NCBI GenBank assembly: GCA_025603075.1
Contig: MU626332.1
Span: 31,053 to 95,052 of the forward strand
Source of the DNA: Neoconidiobolus thromboides FSU 785
Lineage: Eukaryota > Fungi > Entomophthoromycota
Reading direction: 5' to 3'
DNA: 64,000 nt
Below, piece by piece: positions 53,301-64,000 of this stretch. Positions within the stretch are counted from its first letter, which is position 1; the number at the start of each line of letters is the position of its first letter. The translations under genes and the position numbers were made by a program. The notes below the pieces were generated by a model. It was given only the letters and a program-made list of their open reading frames with translations, had not been told where the DNA came from and did not search any database.

Positions 53301-53399
53301 GAGGTTGTTTTTTTTGGCTTCATTACTTTTTCTACTTTTTAAGCGCTATTTGAGTAGGAAAGTTATTAGTAAAATTCCTAAACACAAAAATACATCCCC
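53301..53399 (+). mobile_element. ~98-bp MITE, copy 15
   Basis: GAGGTTGT...ACATCCCC with non-palindromic ACAT TSD on both sides (53297-53300, 53400-53403). Confidence 0.9.
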
Positions 53400-53997
53400 A
53401 CATTATTATATTTACAATGTGGTCATATATACTTTCTAGTATCCATCTAACTTTTATTCCTAAAATCGTTTCTATCTGCAAAAGTGATCAACTATAACCA
53501 ACAAATGGAATGGAAATAAACCACTTGTATGTGTTTTGAAGCTATCAAGTAACGAAAATACAGATTTGACTAAATATTTTTAATGTTTCTACGATATTGA
53601 ATAGATATTTAATACAGTTAAGTGTTTTTTAACTGAGCGTATTTAATATCTTGACCTATTAACAATAGCCTACATATGAGTATCAGAACTAGTGCTAGTC
53701 GTGCTATTAGATGTGTTTTATACAATATACAATTTATAGCTTTGTTTTATACTAGATAGTGCCCAGTATAGTTTTATATTATAATGAATATAATAATAAT
53801 TAAATATAAATCATGACGTCCTGCATCCAATTATAACCCCAAATGATTGAGATTTAGCAAATCGAGTGGAAAATAGCATACAAATAAAATTTAATTTGTT
53901 TATAAATACCCAATAATTGTAGAGGATTACAAAATTAAAACAATGTGTAAAACTATAAATTAATAATTAAAAATAATCAGATTATCTTTTATTAAAA

Positions 53998-54528
53998 ATG
54001 CTTCATACTAACTTAGCAGCGCAAAACTTTGAACTCACTAATTTGAATATAATTCAACAGCAGATCAACAGCTCTCAAAAAGCCTCTCATCAATTTGAAT
54101 GGTTAGCAGCCTACTTTGATCAAGATAATGTAAGTTTAAAAGGATTTCATAAATTTTTCCGCGAGTCTAGTGAAGAAGAAAGAGAACTTTGGTTTAAGTT
54201 ATCAAAGTATATAGTAGAAAGAGGAGGAGAGGTTCAATTTAAAACGGTAGATTATTTACAACCAAAATTCAACTCAGTCACTGAGGCTGTTCAATTTGCT
54301 TTAGGCTTAGACAAAGAGCTCAATCAAAGTTATTTAAAGTTGGAATTTAGTGCTCTAGAACTTCATGATGCTCATTTGAATCATTTTGTCAAGAACAAAA
54401 TTTTGCAAGAATATGTTGAATCTATTAAAAAGCGTTCAGATATGATTACCCAGCTACATAGAGTATCTTCAACTGGGTTAGGGGTTTATCTCTTCAACCT
54501 TCGACTTTTAGAGGAGGAAGGTCATTAA
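53998..54528 (+). CDS. Ferritin, L-chain-like (ferroxidase centre degenerate), intronless
   Basis: Ferritin signatures AQNF, QQQIN, AYFDQDNVSLKGFHKFFRESSEEERE, ERGG, GLGVYLF; ferroxidase positions read S/F/L/D/Y. Confidence 0.88.
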   Translation: MLHTNLAAQNFELTNLNIIQQQINSSQKASHQFEWLAAYFDQDNVSLKGFHKFFRESSEEERELWFKLSKYIVERGGEVQFKTVDYLQPKFNSVTEAVQFALGLDKELNQSYLKLEFSALELHDAHLNHFVKNKILQEYVESIKKRSDMITQLHRVSSTGLGVYLFNLRLLEEEGH

Positions 54529-55929
54529 TTTATATAAATGATAAGGATTTAGTTTAAATGTGGCTTTGGGCTTTACTTTTATCCGTACTTTTTTGAAATA
54601 TTGGGTTAATAAATTTAATTTACAATTTTTTACTTATGATTTTACACGTGATTATATTCATGATTATATTTATCCCTTTCTTATAAGAGGGGCCTTATCA
54701 GTGATTATCTTGATCAGCCTTTAAGTACTGTTATTCTGAGTAATTTATTTTCATACTTAAATAATATAGCCATAATAGAATATTAAACTATAAATAGATA
54801 AAAAAGGCCAATAATTGGTATTTTTATTTTATATAAAATCAACTAGTATTTTTATTTAAATTGTTTTGTACATCTTAGAAGGACCATAATTAGAACATTA
54901 TTATATTTGATGATTGAAATCAAAAGTAGTGCACAATAATCACCTAGACCACTACACACATTATATAGAATGATGCTAACAACATTCATCTAGTTTTATT
55001 TTTGAATTGTACAATTAATGAAACTATAGGGTAAATGAATAAAATAGTCTATAGATTAGATCAAATGTTATGGATCAAGATAAACTAAGAGGTGCGGTAT
55101 TGAACCTCCAAAGACATTTAACGTATATACAAACTGGGTTAATTGAAAGTCAACGATATAATTATAGATCCCTTTACTTTTTATCAGATAGATCAAATAA
55201 CAAAAAATTGATAAAGAACTAATTTTCTACCGTTGTGGTTTATATAAAAATTAAAAAATTAACTCATTTGAATGAATTGAATCCATACTATTTTAATAAA
55301 TCGATAAAATCTTCCCAACTTAATAATATTAAATGCATCACATTTTTAATAAGAATAGATTATCTCATGTTTGGCTTATTTCTACTATAACATTTTTTAA
55401 TACTCTATAAAAGTAGTTTGGATTCTAAAACTATTATCGAAATTTGATATTGATTTATGTAATGATTAATAATTCAATAAAATTTCATCAGTTTTCCATA
55501 GGCACTTTACTTGACAGCGGTTAATGATACTGATCAATACAATATAGTAATAAACTGAGGATTAAAAGCAACTGTATAAATCTTTTCTAAAATATTTCAC
55601 TATAAGCATTGATTATTCTTAAATCAAGATTAAAATCAAAGATTAGATTAGATTATCTTTGACCAATATAGTTTTACTCTGCATCGTATAGTCAAGATTT
55701 TATTTGTTAGAGTTAAGACATTACCTAATTTCAATTGGCTAGAGATCATCGGCCTAAAACAATTTTACAACCCTTGTGGAACCAACCAATTATTCAACTG
55801 GAAAATATTAGAGGTTACAATGATTTGAGATTAAACAAAAATACATCATTTGATAGTGAAATTTGCTTTCACAAAGTATAAAAGACCAAGCTTATAACAA
55901 TAAACGACATTTTTTATCAAAATTTACAA

Positions 55930-56454
55930 ATGGCTTCCGCACTTGCAAGACAAAACTTCTCGACCTCAAGTGAAGAAGGTATCAACCAACAAATTAATAT
56001 GGAACAAAGAGCTTCCCTTGCTTATGCTTCTATGTCCGCTTACTTTGGTAGAGATGACGTTGCTTTACCAGGTCTTGAAAAGTTCTTCCGTCACTCCTCT
56101 AATGAAGAAAATGAACACGCTCAAAAGTTGATTGACTATCTCAACCGTCGTGGTGGTAGAGTTGTCCTTCAATCTATTGAAGGTCCTGTAGTTGAGTGGA
56201 AATCAGCTAAGAATGCCATTGAAGCTGCATTACAATTGGAAAAAGATGTTAACCGTTCCCTCCTTAGCCTCCACAAGATTGCTGAAGAATCTAATGATCC
56301 TCAAATGACTGATTTCTTAGAAGGTGAATATCTAAAAGAACAAGTTGAGTCAATCAAGCAACTTTCTGATTACGTCACTCAACTTAACTTAGTTGGTGGT
56401 GATGGTTTAGGTTTGTATTTATGGGATCGTGAGTTACTCAAGAGTCAAGAATAA
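55930..56454 (+). CDS. Ferritin, H-type with intact ferroxidase centre, intronless
   Basis: RQNF, INMEQRASLAY, YFGRDDVALPG, SNEENEHAQKL, RGGRV, LQLEKDVN, DFLEGEYLKEQVESIK, GLGLYLWDREL; TATA-like TATAAAAG at ~55877. Confidence 0.97.
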   Translation: MASALARQNFSTSSEEGINQQINMEQRASLAYASMSAYFGRDDVALPGLEKFFRHSSNEENEHAQKLIDYLNRRGGRVVLQSIEGPVVEWKSAKNAIEAALQLEKDVNRSLLSLHKIAEESNDPQMTDFLEGEYLKEQVESIKQLSDYVTQLNLVGGDGLGLYLWDRELLKSQE

Positions 56455-57399
56455 TTTGCCTTCTATTTATAATACAAAATATTAATAAAGTATTTATTTT
56501 TTTACTAATTATTTGTTTAGTATTTAATGTTATCGTGAAGTATAATTAAATTTTTTATAGATAAGACGTCAAACTAGAAGGTAATTTTAATAGTTGTAAA
56601 GTACTTTTAATATATGTATTATTTTGACTACGTCATTTATGCCCATATACTTATACCTATGCTCACTGCTTTATTAACGTAACTTCAATTCAATGAGTTC
56701 AAAAGGTTGTTAATGGCTAACTCATTTTGGTTAGCATGTCACACTTATTTAACCTAATAAAATGATATTTTCTACAATTATTTACTATCCTACCAATGTG
56801 ATTTGGACTTCTAATTATATGCATTACGTCGTGTGTCATTGTTTACTAAATATAGAAAGGTTTTGGTAACAGTACTATCAAATTTTATCCTTAAATATAG
56901 CTGTAACATATATAATCCAGACATTAGAATTGTGATCCATGATCAGTTGTGCTTAAATTAGAGGAAAGTACTCATACATTAATATATCAGTTACATGGGT
57001 AAAATAAATAAATATCTTTGGCCTAGTGGATTACAAAAAAATTGCGTAAGTAATGATGTAATGATGTAATTATATGTAGTTTTCGACAATAGTAACCCAT
57101 AGGATGGTAGCTTATTTTTTTAATTAAGCTAAGAATCAAAAGCGGTGGATACAGATGTTATTGTCTTGTTGATTGTTCTCATTGTGATGATTTACCTCGA
57201 AGAGTTATTTATATAAGACAACACGCTTTGCCATTTGCTGTGTACACATTATGTTTTCTACACATGCTAGATTTCTGTCAGTAATTAAATTTAGTTATAG
57301 CAGTGATATCAGGTAATTTTTATTTAATATAATAAATTGTATTTATAAAAGAGACGTGGTATGAATAGACGCTATAAGAGGTAAGTAATGAATGAATTT

Positions 57400-58852
57400 T
57401 CTTTATTAGATTCTATCTTAGAGTAGATACAGCTCTAATTGTAGGCTTACTTTGTAAGTAAATTTTTATAAATTGTACTATCAAAGCTAGCTTAATTCCA
57501 AATAAACATCATGGTTGTTTATATTTAGTGTTGTTCGATTTATAAATGTTAATTTTATGATGTATATTAGCTTGCTTTCTATAAAGTTGACTTTTGATTT
57601 TTCCAATGTTTATTTAAATGATTGCAATCAAGCATAAATTAGAAAATATTAGAATTGTATTAGGATAATAGATCGAAAATTTTCAAGTTAGCTTGTTTAA
57701 AATCTTTCTTGAGATAGCTGGTAGAGTTGGAAATCTTGTAACTTTATAATATATTAAATTTATCAGTATTTTGTATACCACAAAAATATAAAAAGGGTCT
57801 CAAAATAATATCTGAGGTTTTATCTGCCATATCCTTTTGTATAAAATAATATAAACAAAAGTTGACAAATCTATTTAATTTAATATAAGTGGCCCTTAGG
57901 CCAATTTGGCTCAAGCGTATCATTTTGAAAAATGCCATTAATTCCAAAGCATCAAATGATATAGATAAATTCATTATGTCTTTTTTATCGCTATTCCAAT
58001 ATTCTTAGTCCAAAAGTTTATTTTTATTTATTATAATATCTTTTTAATGGAATTCAATGAGAATGTAAATTAATGCCCTTTATATTAAATCCCTTTCTGA
58101 ATTTTAACACAGTGGCTTTAAATTGTATTCTTTAAGCCAATGGAACTTATTCATAATTTTAACTATGCTCCAGTATTCCTTGGTTTAATTTATAGATTTA
58201 GAATTATACATATAAATGTTTATTTATAAATCTAGTAAATAAAACAACAATATTTTTAAGCCAAGTATTAGATAATAGTATTATTAGTTTAACTTTTGCT
58301 CTACAAAGTAACTTGATGTAAATTTTGACTATTTAATACATGAACAGTATTATAAAGGTTTAATATTTCAATACAACTAAGAGCATAGCTTTTGTGGTAT
58401 AGTGTTAAATTAATTTGTTACCCATGTTTTTTATGTTTGCATGAGTTAAGATCTAAGCTAAATTCGATTTCAAAAATGATTAACCAAAGTTAATATTTAC
58501 TACAAATATAAATATAAATATCAAAGAGATTTAATTGCAAAGAACATTTTTATTAACTAATTTTTACTTAAATTCTATTTTAAGTACTTGAATTTTAACT
58601 CATATAGCCATGTCTAATGTTTATAGTTACAATTGTTTTAAAATTATTTAAACTTTTAATCTGGACCTTATTTTAAATTTTTGCTAAGTTTATTTGAAAA
58701 TGATATCATTTATGGAACTCAATATAGAATCATACGTTGACATGAAGATATAGTTACATAAAGAACATAAATGACAAGTGGCTTATAAATTTGTCACTAA
58801 AATTTCAAACTCAATTATAGTAAGCGTCGGTTGGTAATCCAATAAATGTCAT
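57400..58852 (-). pseudogene. Possible decayed F-box-type gene
   Basis: ATG 58852: MTFIGLPTDAYY, then after a frameshift IEFEILVTNL*ATCHLCSLCNYI; downstream coding-like fragments (ORF 57744..57974). Weak. Confidence 0.3.
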
Positions 58853-58987
58853 TGCTATAATTTAATAAATAGGATACTTAGACCATTGAAGGTATTAAAT
58901 AATAGTGAAATTGCTCATAGCTAAAGTACTATGAGTAATTTTACTATTACAAATTATGAATTGGGTTAAACAAGCTATGATAAATAT

Positions 58988-59085
58988 GGGAATGTATTTA
59001 TATATTTCAGAATTTTACTAACAAATTTTCCACTCAAATAGTGCTTAAAAAATGGAAAAATAATGAAACCAAAAAAAACAGCCCT
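58988..59085 (-). mobile_element. ~98-bp MITE, copy 16
   Basis: GGGAATGT...ACAGCCCT; ATAT TSD; 98 bp. Confidence 0.85.
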
Positions 59086-59394
59086 ATATCATAAATAAAA
59101 TTTTAGTAGGGTAAAGAGGCTAAATTATTAAAAATAAACGTCCCTTTAGGTTATGTGTGGAAATGTTTAAAAATACGATTTCCTTGTGCTATTTCAATGC
59201 CTTTATGAATATAGTATAATTTTAGTCAAAGGAATTTTTCTAGTTATTTGCTACTATTTAATTCAAATTCATTAATAGACTAAATAATAAATACAAAATT
59301 AGCTTTGTAGCTCATATTTATTTTGTATAAGTACTTACGATATTTTAAAAAAGTATATAAATAAAATCAAAACACATCAATCACATACAAAAAA

Positions 59395-60513
59395 ATGTTT
59401 CTTACCTTATCTCTCTTGTTTTTTATTGCTAATACATTGAGTGAAAACCCTCTTGGGTTAACTTACTTGGATGCAAATTGTCGTGGCCTTAAACCCGATA
59501 CCGCATGGTTTGAAATTGACATATCACCAAAGTATCAACGGAATTGTGAGGCAATTTTTAGCTCTATATTTACATCAAAAGCAAGATATATTGCATCAGC
59601 TGAATGGTATAAAGGGAAGAGTTGCTTTCGTCCTTCAAATGACTGTGGTTCATTCAGTCGTCAATATTGCACCGATGCTTTTTTAGCAGCTGCTTCAGAT
59701 TCAACTGCTTTACCAACTTTAATTCAACATGAGATTTCATCTACAAATAAAGAAAGGGATTATCTATACTTTAATCCCCCAGTTGGAACTGGAAATTATA
59801 TTACTGTAGATTTGAGACAAGGTATAAAATCAATTGTTATCCCTATGGATAATGTACATCCAGATGATCAAAACTATCGTCAAGTCTTTGAAATCATAAT
59901 GACTGAAAGAGTAGTTAATACAATTTTAAATAATACTAGTATATATAGAAAGGATTCTCAAACAATTCAATCCGATACCCAAGCACTATCAATTGATAAA
60001 ATTTGTCTGTTAGCTAATGATGTGCTACGAACCGCTTCTATGAAATATAACTTTAGAAATTGCTTCAGATTAACTTCTATGGCTATGGCCAAATCAGAAT
60101 GTGCACCTGGTGGCAAGAAGCGAGATATTAGACGTGGTAACTATTGTGCTAATAGTGGCGATAAGTACCCAGCATCCAGGGTAGCTTCGTGTTTACATAA
60201 TGTAGATCTTATTAATGCTTCTCAGCTGGCTTATAACAACAAGGCTCTAGGTTATATGAGAACCGCTGTAGTTGCTGGAATTTCAGCCATTCCATACGCA
60301 GGTTTAGTTTTGGCTGCCACTACTAACGCTATTTTGGGACCCACTGCAGATGAAATGATTCTCGCTGAATATAAAGATGCCCAATACAACGAAAAGGCAG
60401 TTATCCTTAGAGGGGTTCGTCAACAAGTTCTAAAAGAAACTGGCGAACTTGCAAAAGGTTATATTAAAGATAATTGGGATGATATTGCTAAAAATATCAA
60501 AAAACTTTTCTAA
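59395..60513 (+). CDS. Secreted Cys-rich hypothetical protein, 372 aa, intronless
   Basis: Signal peptide MFLTLSLLFFIANTLS, 10 Cys, dibasic GGKKRDIRR, hydrophobic AVVAGISAIPYAGLVLAATTNAILG; TATA-like TATATAAA about 40 bp upstream. Confidence 0.85.
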   Translation: MFLTLSLLFFIANTLSENPLGLTYLDANCRGLKPDTAWFEIDISPKYQRNCEAIFSSIFTSKARYIASAEWYKGKSCFRPSNDCGSFSRQYCTDAFLAAASDSTALPTLIQHEISSTNKERDYLYFNPPVGTGNYITVDLRQGIKSIVIPMDNVHPDDQNYRQVFEIIMTERVVNTILNNTSIYRKDSQTIQSDTQALSIDKICLLANDVLRTASMKYNFRNCFRLTSMAMAKSECAPGGKKRDIRRGNYCANSGDKYPASRVASCLHNVDLINASQLAYNNKALGYMRTAVVAGISAIPYAGLVLAATTNAILGPTADEMILAEYKDAQYNEKAVILRGVRQQVLKETGELAKGYIKDNWDDIAKNIKKLF

Positions 60514-60636
60514 TTTTAAACCCTTTTGAATAAACTTATATTTTAGAATTACTATGTATAAATACAAATTTTATTTTTCTAAAAGGACTATAAAATCTTA
60601 TGGTTTTATCATACTATACATGTATTGTAAGCATAT

Positions 60637-60734
60637 GGAGGTATTTTTTTTGGTTTCATCACTTTTTCTGTCTTCTAAGCGTTATTTGAGTAGAAAAGCT
60701 ATTGCAAAATTCTTAAACACAAAAATACATCTCC
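60637..60734 (+). mobile_element. ~98-bp MITE, copy 17
   Basis: GGAGGTAT...ACATCTCC; flanks ATAT/ACAT; 98 bp. Confidence 0.85.
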
Positions 60735-63134
60735 ACATGTTATCGATTAAAATGTTTAAATGTTGCTGTTTTTATATTCAATTAACCTTGAATGAGTTTA
60801 TTGGTTTGTAATATAAACTAAATTTTAAATATCGATTCCCTAATTAAACCGTATTAATTTTATACTAAATGGATGTTGAATAAAGATCAAAGTTTAAAAA
60901 CTAATATACGAAGCAAAAAAAGGCTTTGTTAATTATATTATACAACCATAGCTATACCAAAAACAAATAATAGTAAAAGGCCAGCACAATTATAGCCTAA
61001 TAGTGCAGTATCATGATAGCACAATAACGTGAAAGCCATCATAAAATTTAACTAATACTATAGTTATTATAAAACTAAGCATCAAACTATTGATTGATAT
61101 TTTAGTATCGTATATCCTCCATACAACTCTCTATCAGCTGGATTTCACTTATATGAGCTCTATCTCTCCTATAAATAGTCCTGAAGTTGAAAGGAAAGTT
61201 TTTATAGTCTAGAACTTTAGTTATATGCATTCTAGACTAATGAAATCGAAAACGGGTAGACTTAATCTTAAATATGTCTTTATCTTACCAAGCATATCAC
61301 TCCATTATAATTATCTATTTTCTTATGATTTCTTTAATTTGATAAGCTAAAAAATTATCAATTATTAATACTAAAATAGTATACAGTTGCCTATTATTAA
61401 TGTAATACTGTTGATTTTCACTGCTACTCAATAATTAATGAATAGAAAACATATTATATTGAAAATTTTACTAAGACGTTTATCTTTAATTTAATTTTAA
61501 CTATTTAGTCACTCATCGTTATCGTGATATTATCTGATCTTAGTTAACTTGTTATTTTATGGAATATTATAACAAATAACTTTCAGAATATACAATAATT
61601 CCTACTAAATCATGATACTGATAAGGGCATAAAATAAGCCTATTATATCAAACTGTGACTATAAAACTGGGTATTGACTATTTATTACAAATCTTATTTT
61701 AAAATGCATAGTTACATATATTATAATGATGTGATTCGGGTAATAGAGTTTTGGTACTTTTTCCTGTGAACACTGTATTCAACTATTTTGAAAAGCTAAG
61801 ATTATAATAAGTTGACATGAAGATTTTATTTTAAAACTACTTATTTTATTAAAAGATGAATATTATTGATGGATATATAAGCTATTTTATGTTATTTATA
61901 CTTTGAAAATTAGTCAATTACCTTTAATAATTATAATTAATTGTTGATGAAATAATTGCTCAATTCGAATTTAGCAGTCCTTCCAAATCTTGTGACAATG
62001 ATATTATTAGGTTTGATTTAGATTTGTTATTTCTGTAAACTTTTTATATAAACTTTGCAATGATATGTACATTCTAATAAGATTAGAACATTAATTTATT
62101 AAAAAGCATTCGTAGGATATAGCAGCATAATGGATTATTACTCATTAAGCTCACTTTAAGGTATTTTTACTTATTATAGTTGGTGTTCTATACTTATCTA
62201 TAACAAATGTAGCTTGGATTTTCCACAACAACAATATTAATAGATGAGCCAAATGTGAATAAGATATAGGAATGTAGACTATTCATTACAATACCATGAT
62301 GTTTTCTAATATTAATTAGAAATTTACTAGTTTGGTTTCACCAATGATTACCATTAATCTATAAATAAAATCCAGTACTTAATTCGTATAATCTAGAGTA
62401 GCAGTAAAACATGTTCTTGTTACATAATACAAAGTTAATTATACTAATTAGTGCTCAGCTAAAAATATAAAATCAGGGTGTTTTCAAACAAACGTAGTGT
62501 TTTGCATTATAAATCATTAATTGAAAACGGGCCAAAGAAGAAAAAAGAATAGAATAAGACTAAAATCAACTAGTGTACCCACTTTGAGCCTTTGTATTTC
62601 TTGTTTAATGCAGTATAATTGAGATCTTCGTTTATCTTCTACTTTAATACTTATACAAAGCTCATTGTTTGATATTTAATCTATCTTGCCATATGATGAA
62701 AACAGGCTATTTGATTTGTTAAATCGTTAAATCCAAAATTTATTCTACATTGATTTTTAATTTTAAATATTATAGGCTGCATACTACTTCAAGGTATTAG
62801 AAAAATAATAAAGGAATAAAGTAGAAAAAAAAAGAAAAATTACACTTAAATTGTATAGAGAATGATAGTTAATACTACAAAACAATGAAAGATACAAAAA
62901 TGAGCTTTACCAGGTTTCAGTTTTTTAAGCAAATTATGATTATAAGATATTGGCTACGATTATAGCAATAACAATCATAATTATAAGTATAAAATACAAG
63001 ATTACCCAACATCATCATAGGGTACAATGGAAATAGCACCCCACATATAAATGAATAAATATAAAAGAGGGGTGATAGGAACAATTTTTACAACTAAAAA
63101 CAATTGGAAGCCATGTATATTATAACAAATAAAA

Positions 63135-63994
63135 ATGAAAGTATTTAATATTGTCATTTTGGTTTATTATGTTTAAGCTCCATCAACAGTCAAGAGATTG
63201 AAAGAGTAGTCTTCATTGGTTTAGATGGAGCTGGTAATTTTTATAAAGAAATCGATACACCTAATATCAAAAAATTGTTTGCTTCTGGTGCTTATACTAA
63301 CTTTGCTCAAGCTATGAAGCCAACCTGGTCTGGACAAAATTGGGGCTCTATGTTAACCGGAGTTAATCCTAATAAGCATGGGGTTACTAATAGTAATATT
63401 AATGATCATTACTACAACAAGAAAGAATACCCTACTATCTTTAAAACTATCTTAAATTTTGATGCTAACGCTACTATTGCTTCTATTGTTTCTTGGACTC
63501 CTTTGAATAAAGGACTTACTGAAGAAGGCTTAAAGTTGACTAAAGTTACTGACAACGATGATAATATTGTTGCTCCAACTTTAGACTTTATCAGTAACTA
63601 CGGAAAAGAAGCTAAACTCATGTTTGTTGATTTTAGTGATATTGATAATACTGGGCATGGGAAAGGATGGATGGGTAAAGAATATATAGCTAAATATAAA
63701 TTAATCGATAGCTATATTGGTAAGATTGTCCACAAGCTTCAAGAAACTCAATTACTTGAATCTACCTTAATTTTAGTCACCGCTGATCATGGCGGTATCG
63801 GGACTAGCCATGGTGGTAATACTCTCCAAGAAACTCAAATCCTATTTGGTGCTTCTGGTCCTGGTATTTCTCCAAAACAATTGCCTTCTAATACTGTACG
63901 TAATATGGACATCTTTGCTATCACTTTAAAAGCTTTAAATATTCCACTACCTTCTTATATTGATTCCAAAGTACCAGCTAATCTTTTTGATTAA
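63135..63994 (+). CDS. Secreted alkaline-phosphatase-superfamily (type I phosphodiesterase/NPP-like) enzyme with an apparent 1-bp frameshift in the signal peptide
   Basis: ERVVFIGLDGAG, PTWSGQNWGSMLTGVNPNKHG, DIDNTGHGKGW, ILVTADHGGIGTSHGG, NMDIF. The ATG 63135 frame stops after 13 codons unless one T is added in the T4 run at 63157-63160. Confidence 0.85.
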
Positions 63995-64000
63995 ATAAAA

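Noticed and set aside
53900-55930. Iron-responsive element (IRE) stem-loops in the ferritin 5' UTRs
   Set aside because: No CAGUGH/CAGAGH loop with a C-bulge stem was seen upstream of either ATG.
58984-60738. Composite transposon (Pack-MITE) carrying the secreted gene
   Set aside because: Each MITE has its own inner and outer TSD-like tetramers and the outer flanks differ (ATAT vs ACAT), so independent insertions are more parsimonious; kept only as a caveat in the finding.

Overview
This is a very AT-rich (roughly one quarter GC by eye), intron-rich eukaryotic window. It has short GT-AG introns with CTAAC/CTAAT branch points and the standard genetic code. The gene content (class-A rhodopsin-like GPCRs, eukaryotic ferritins, fungal HHE-hemerythrins, spg1/TEM1, secreted M14 carboxypeptidase) points to an early-diverging fungus, most plausibly Entomophthoromycotina (Conidiobolus/Neoconidiobolus-like); this assignment is inference. 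The window has two compartments. A conserved core (~15.6-42.9 kb) holds an HSF-type TF, EGD1, spg1/TEM1, LAS1, GET5/MDY2, MSE1, a DUF202 protein, GCV1, SSZ1, an ANKRD13-like gene and two unknown genes. Two accessory flanks (~1.6-14 kb and ~43-64 kb) hold intronless GPCRs, secreted enzymes, paralog/pseudogene pairs and fold-back repeats. The flanks also carry 17 copies of a ~98-bp MITE (GGGGATGT...ACATCCCC ends, 4-bp ANAT-type TSDs) that is absent from the core and has inserted into two genes. Highlights: (1) a tandem ferritin pair, one H-type with an intact ferroxidase centre and one L-like copy missing most ferroxidase ligands; (2) a three-copy hemerythrin cluster (intact, ligand-less, MITE-disrupted) that shares an AGATAATC motif with the ferritin locus; (3) the Sola-like MITE family; (4) a MITE-flanked secreted Cys-rich protein with toxin-like features; (5) a pre-miRNA-like hairpin; (6) a secreted AlkP/NPP gene with a 1-bp frameshift in its signal peptide. 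All calls are by eye; no database searches were run.
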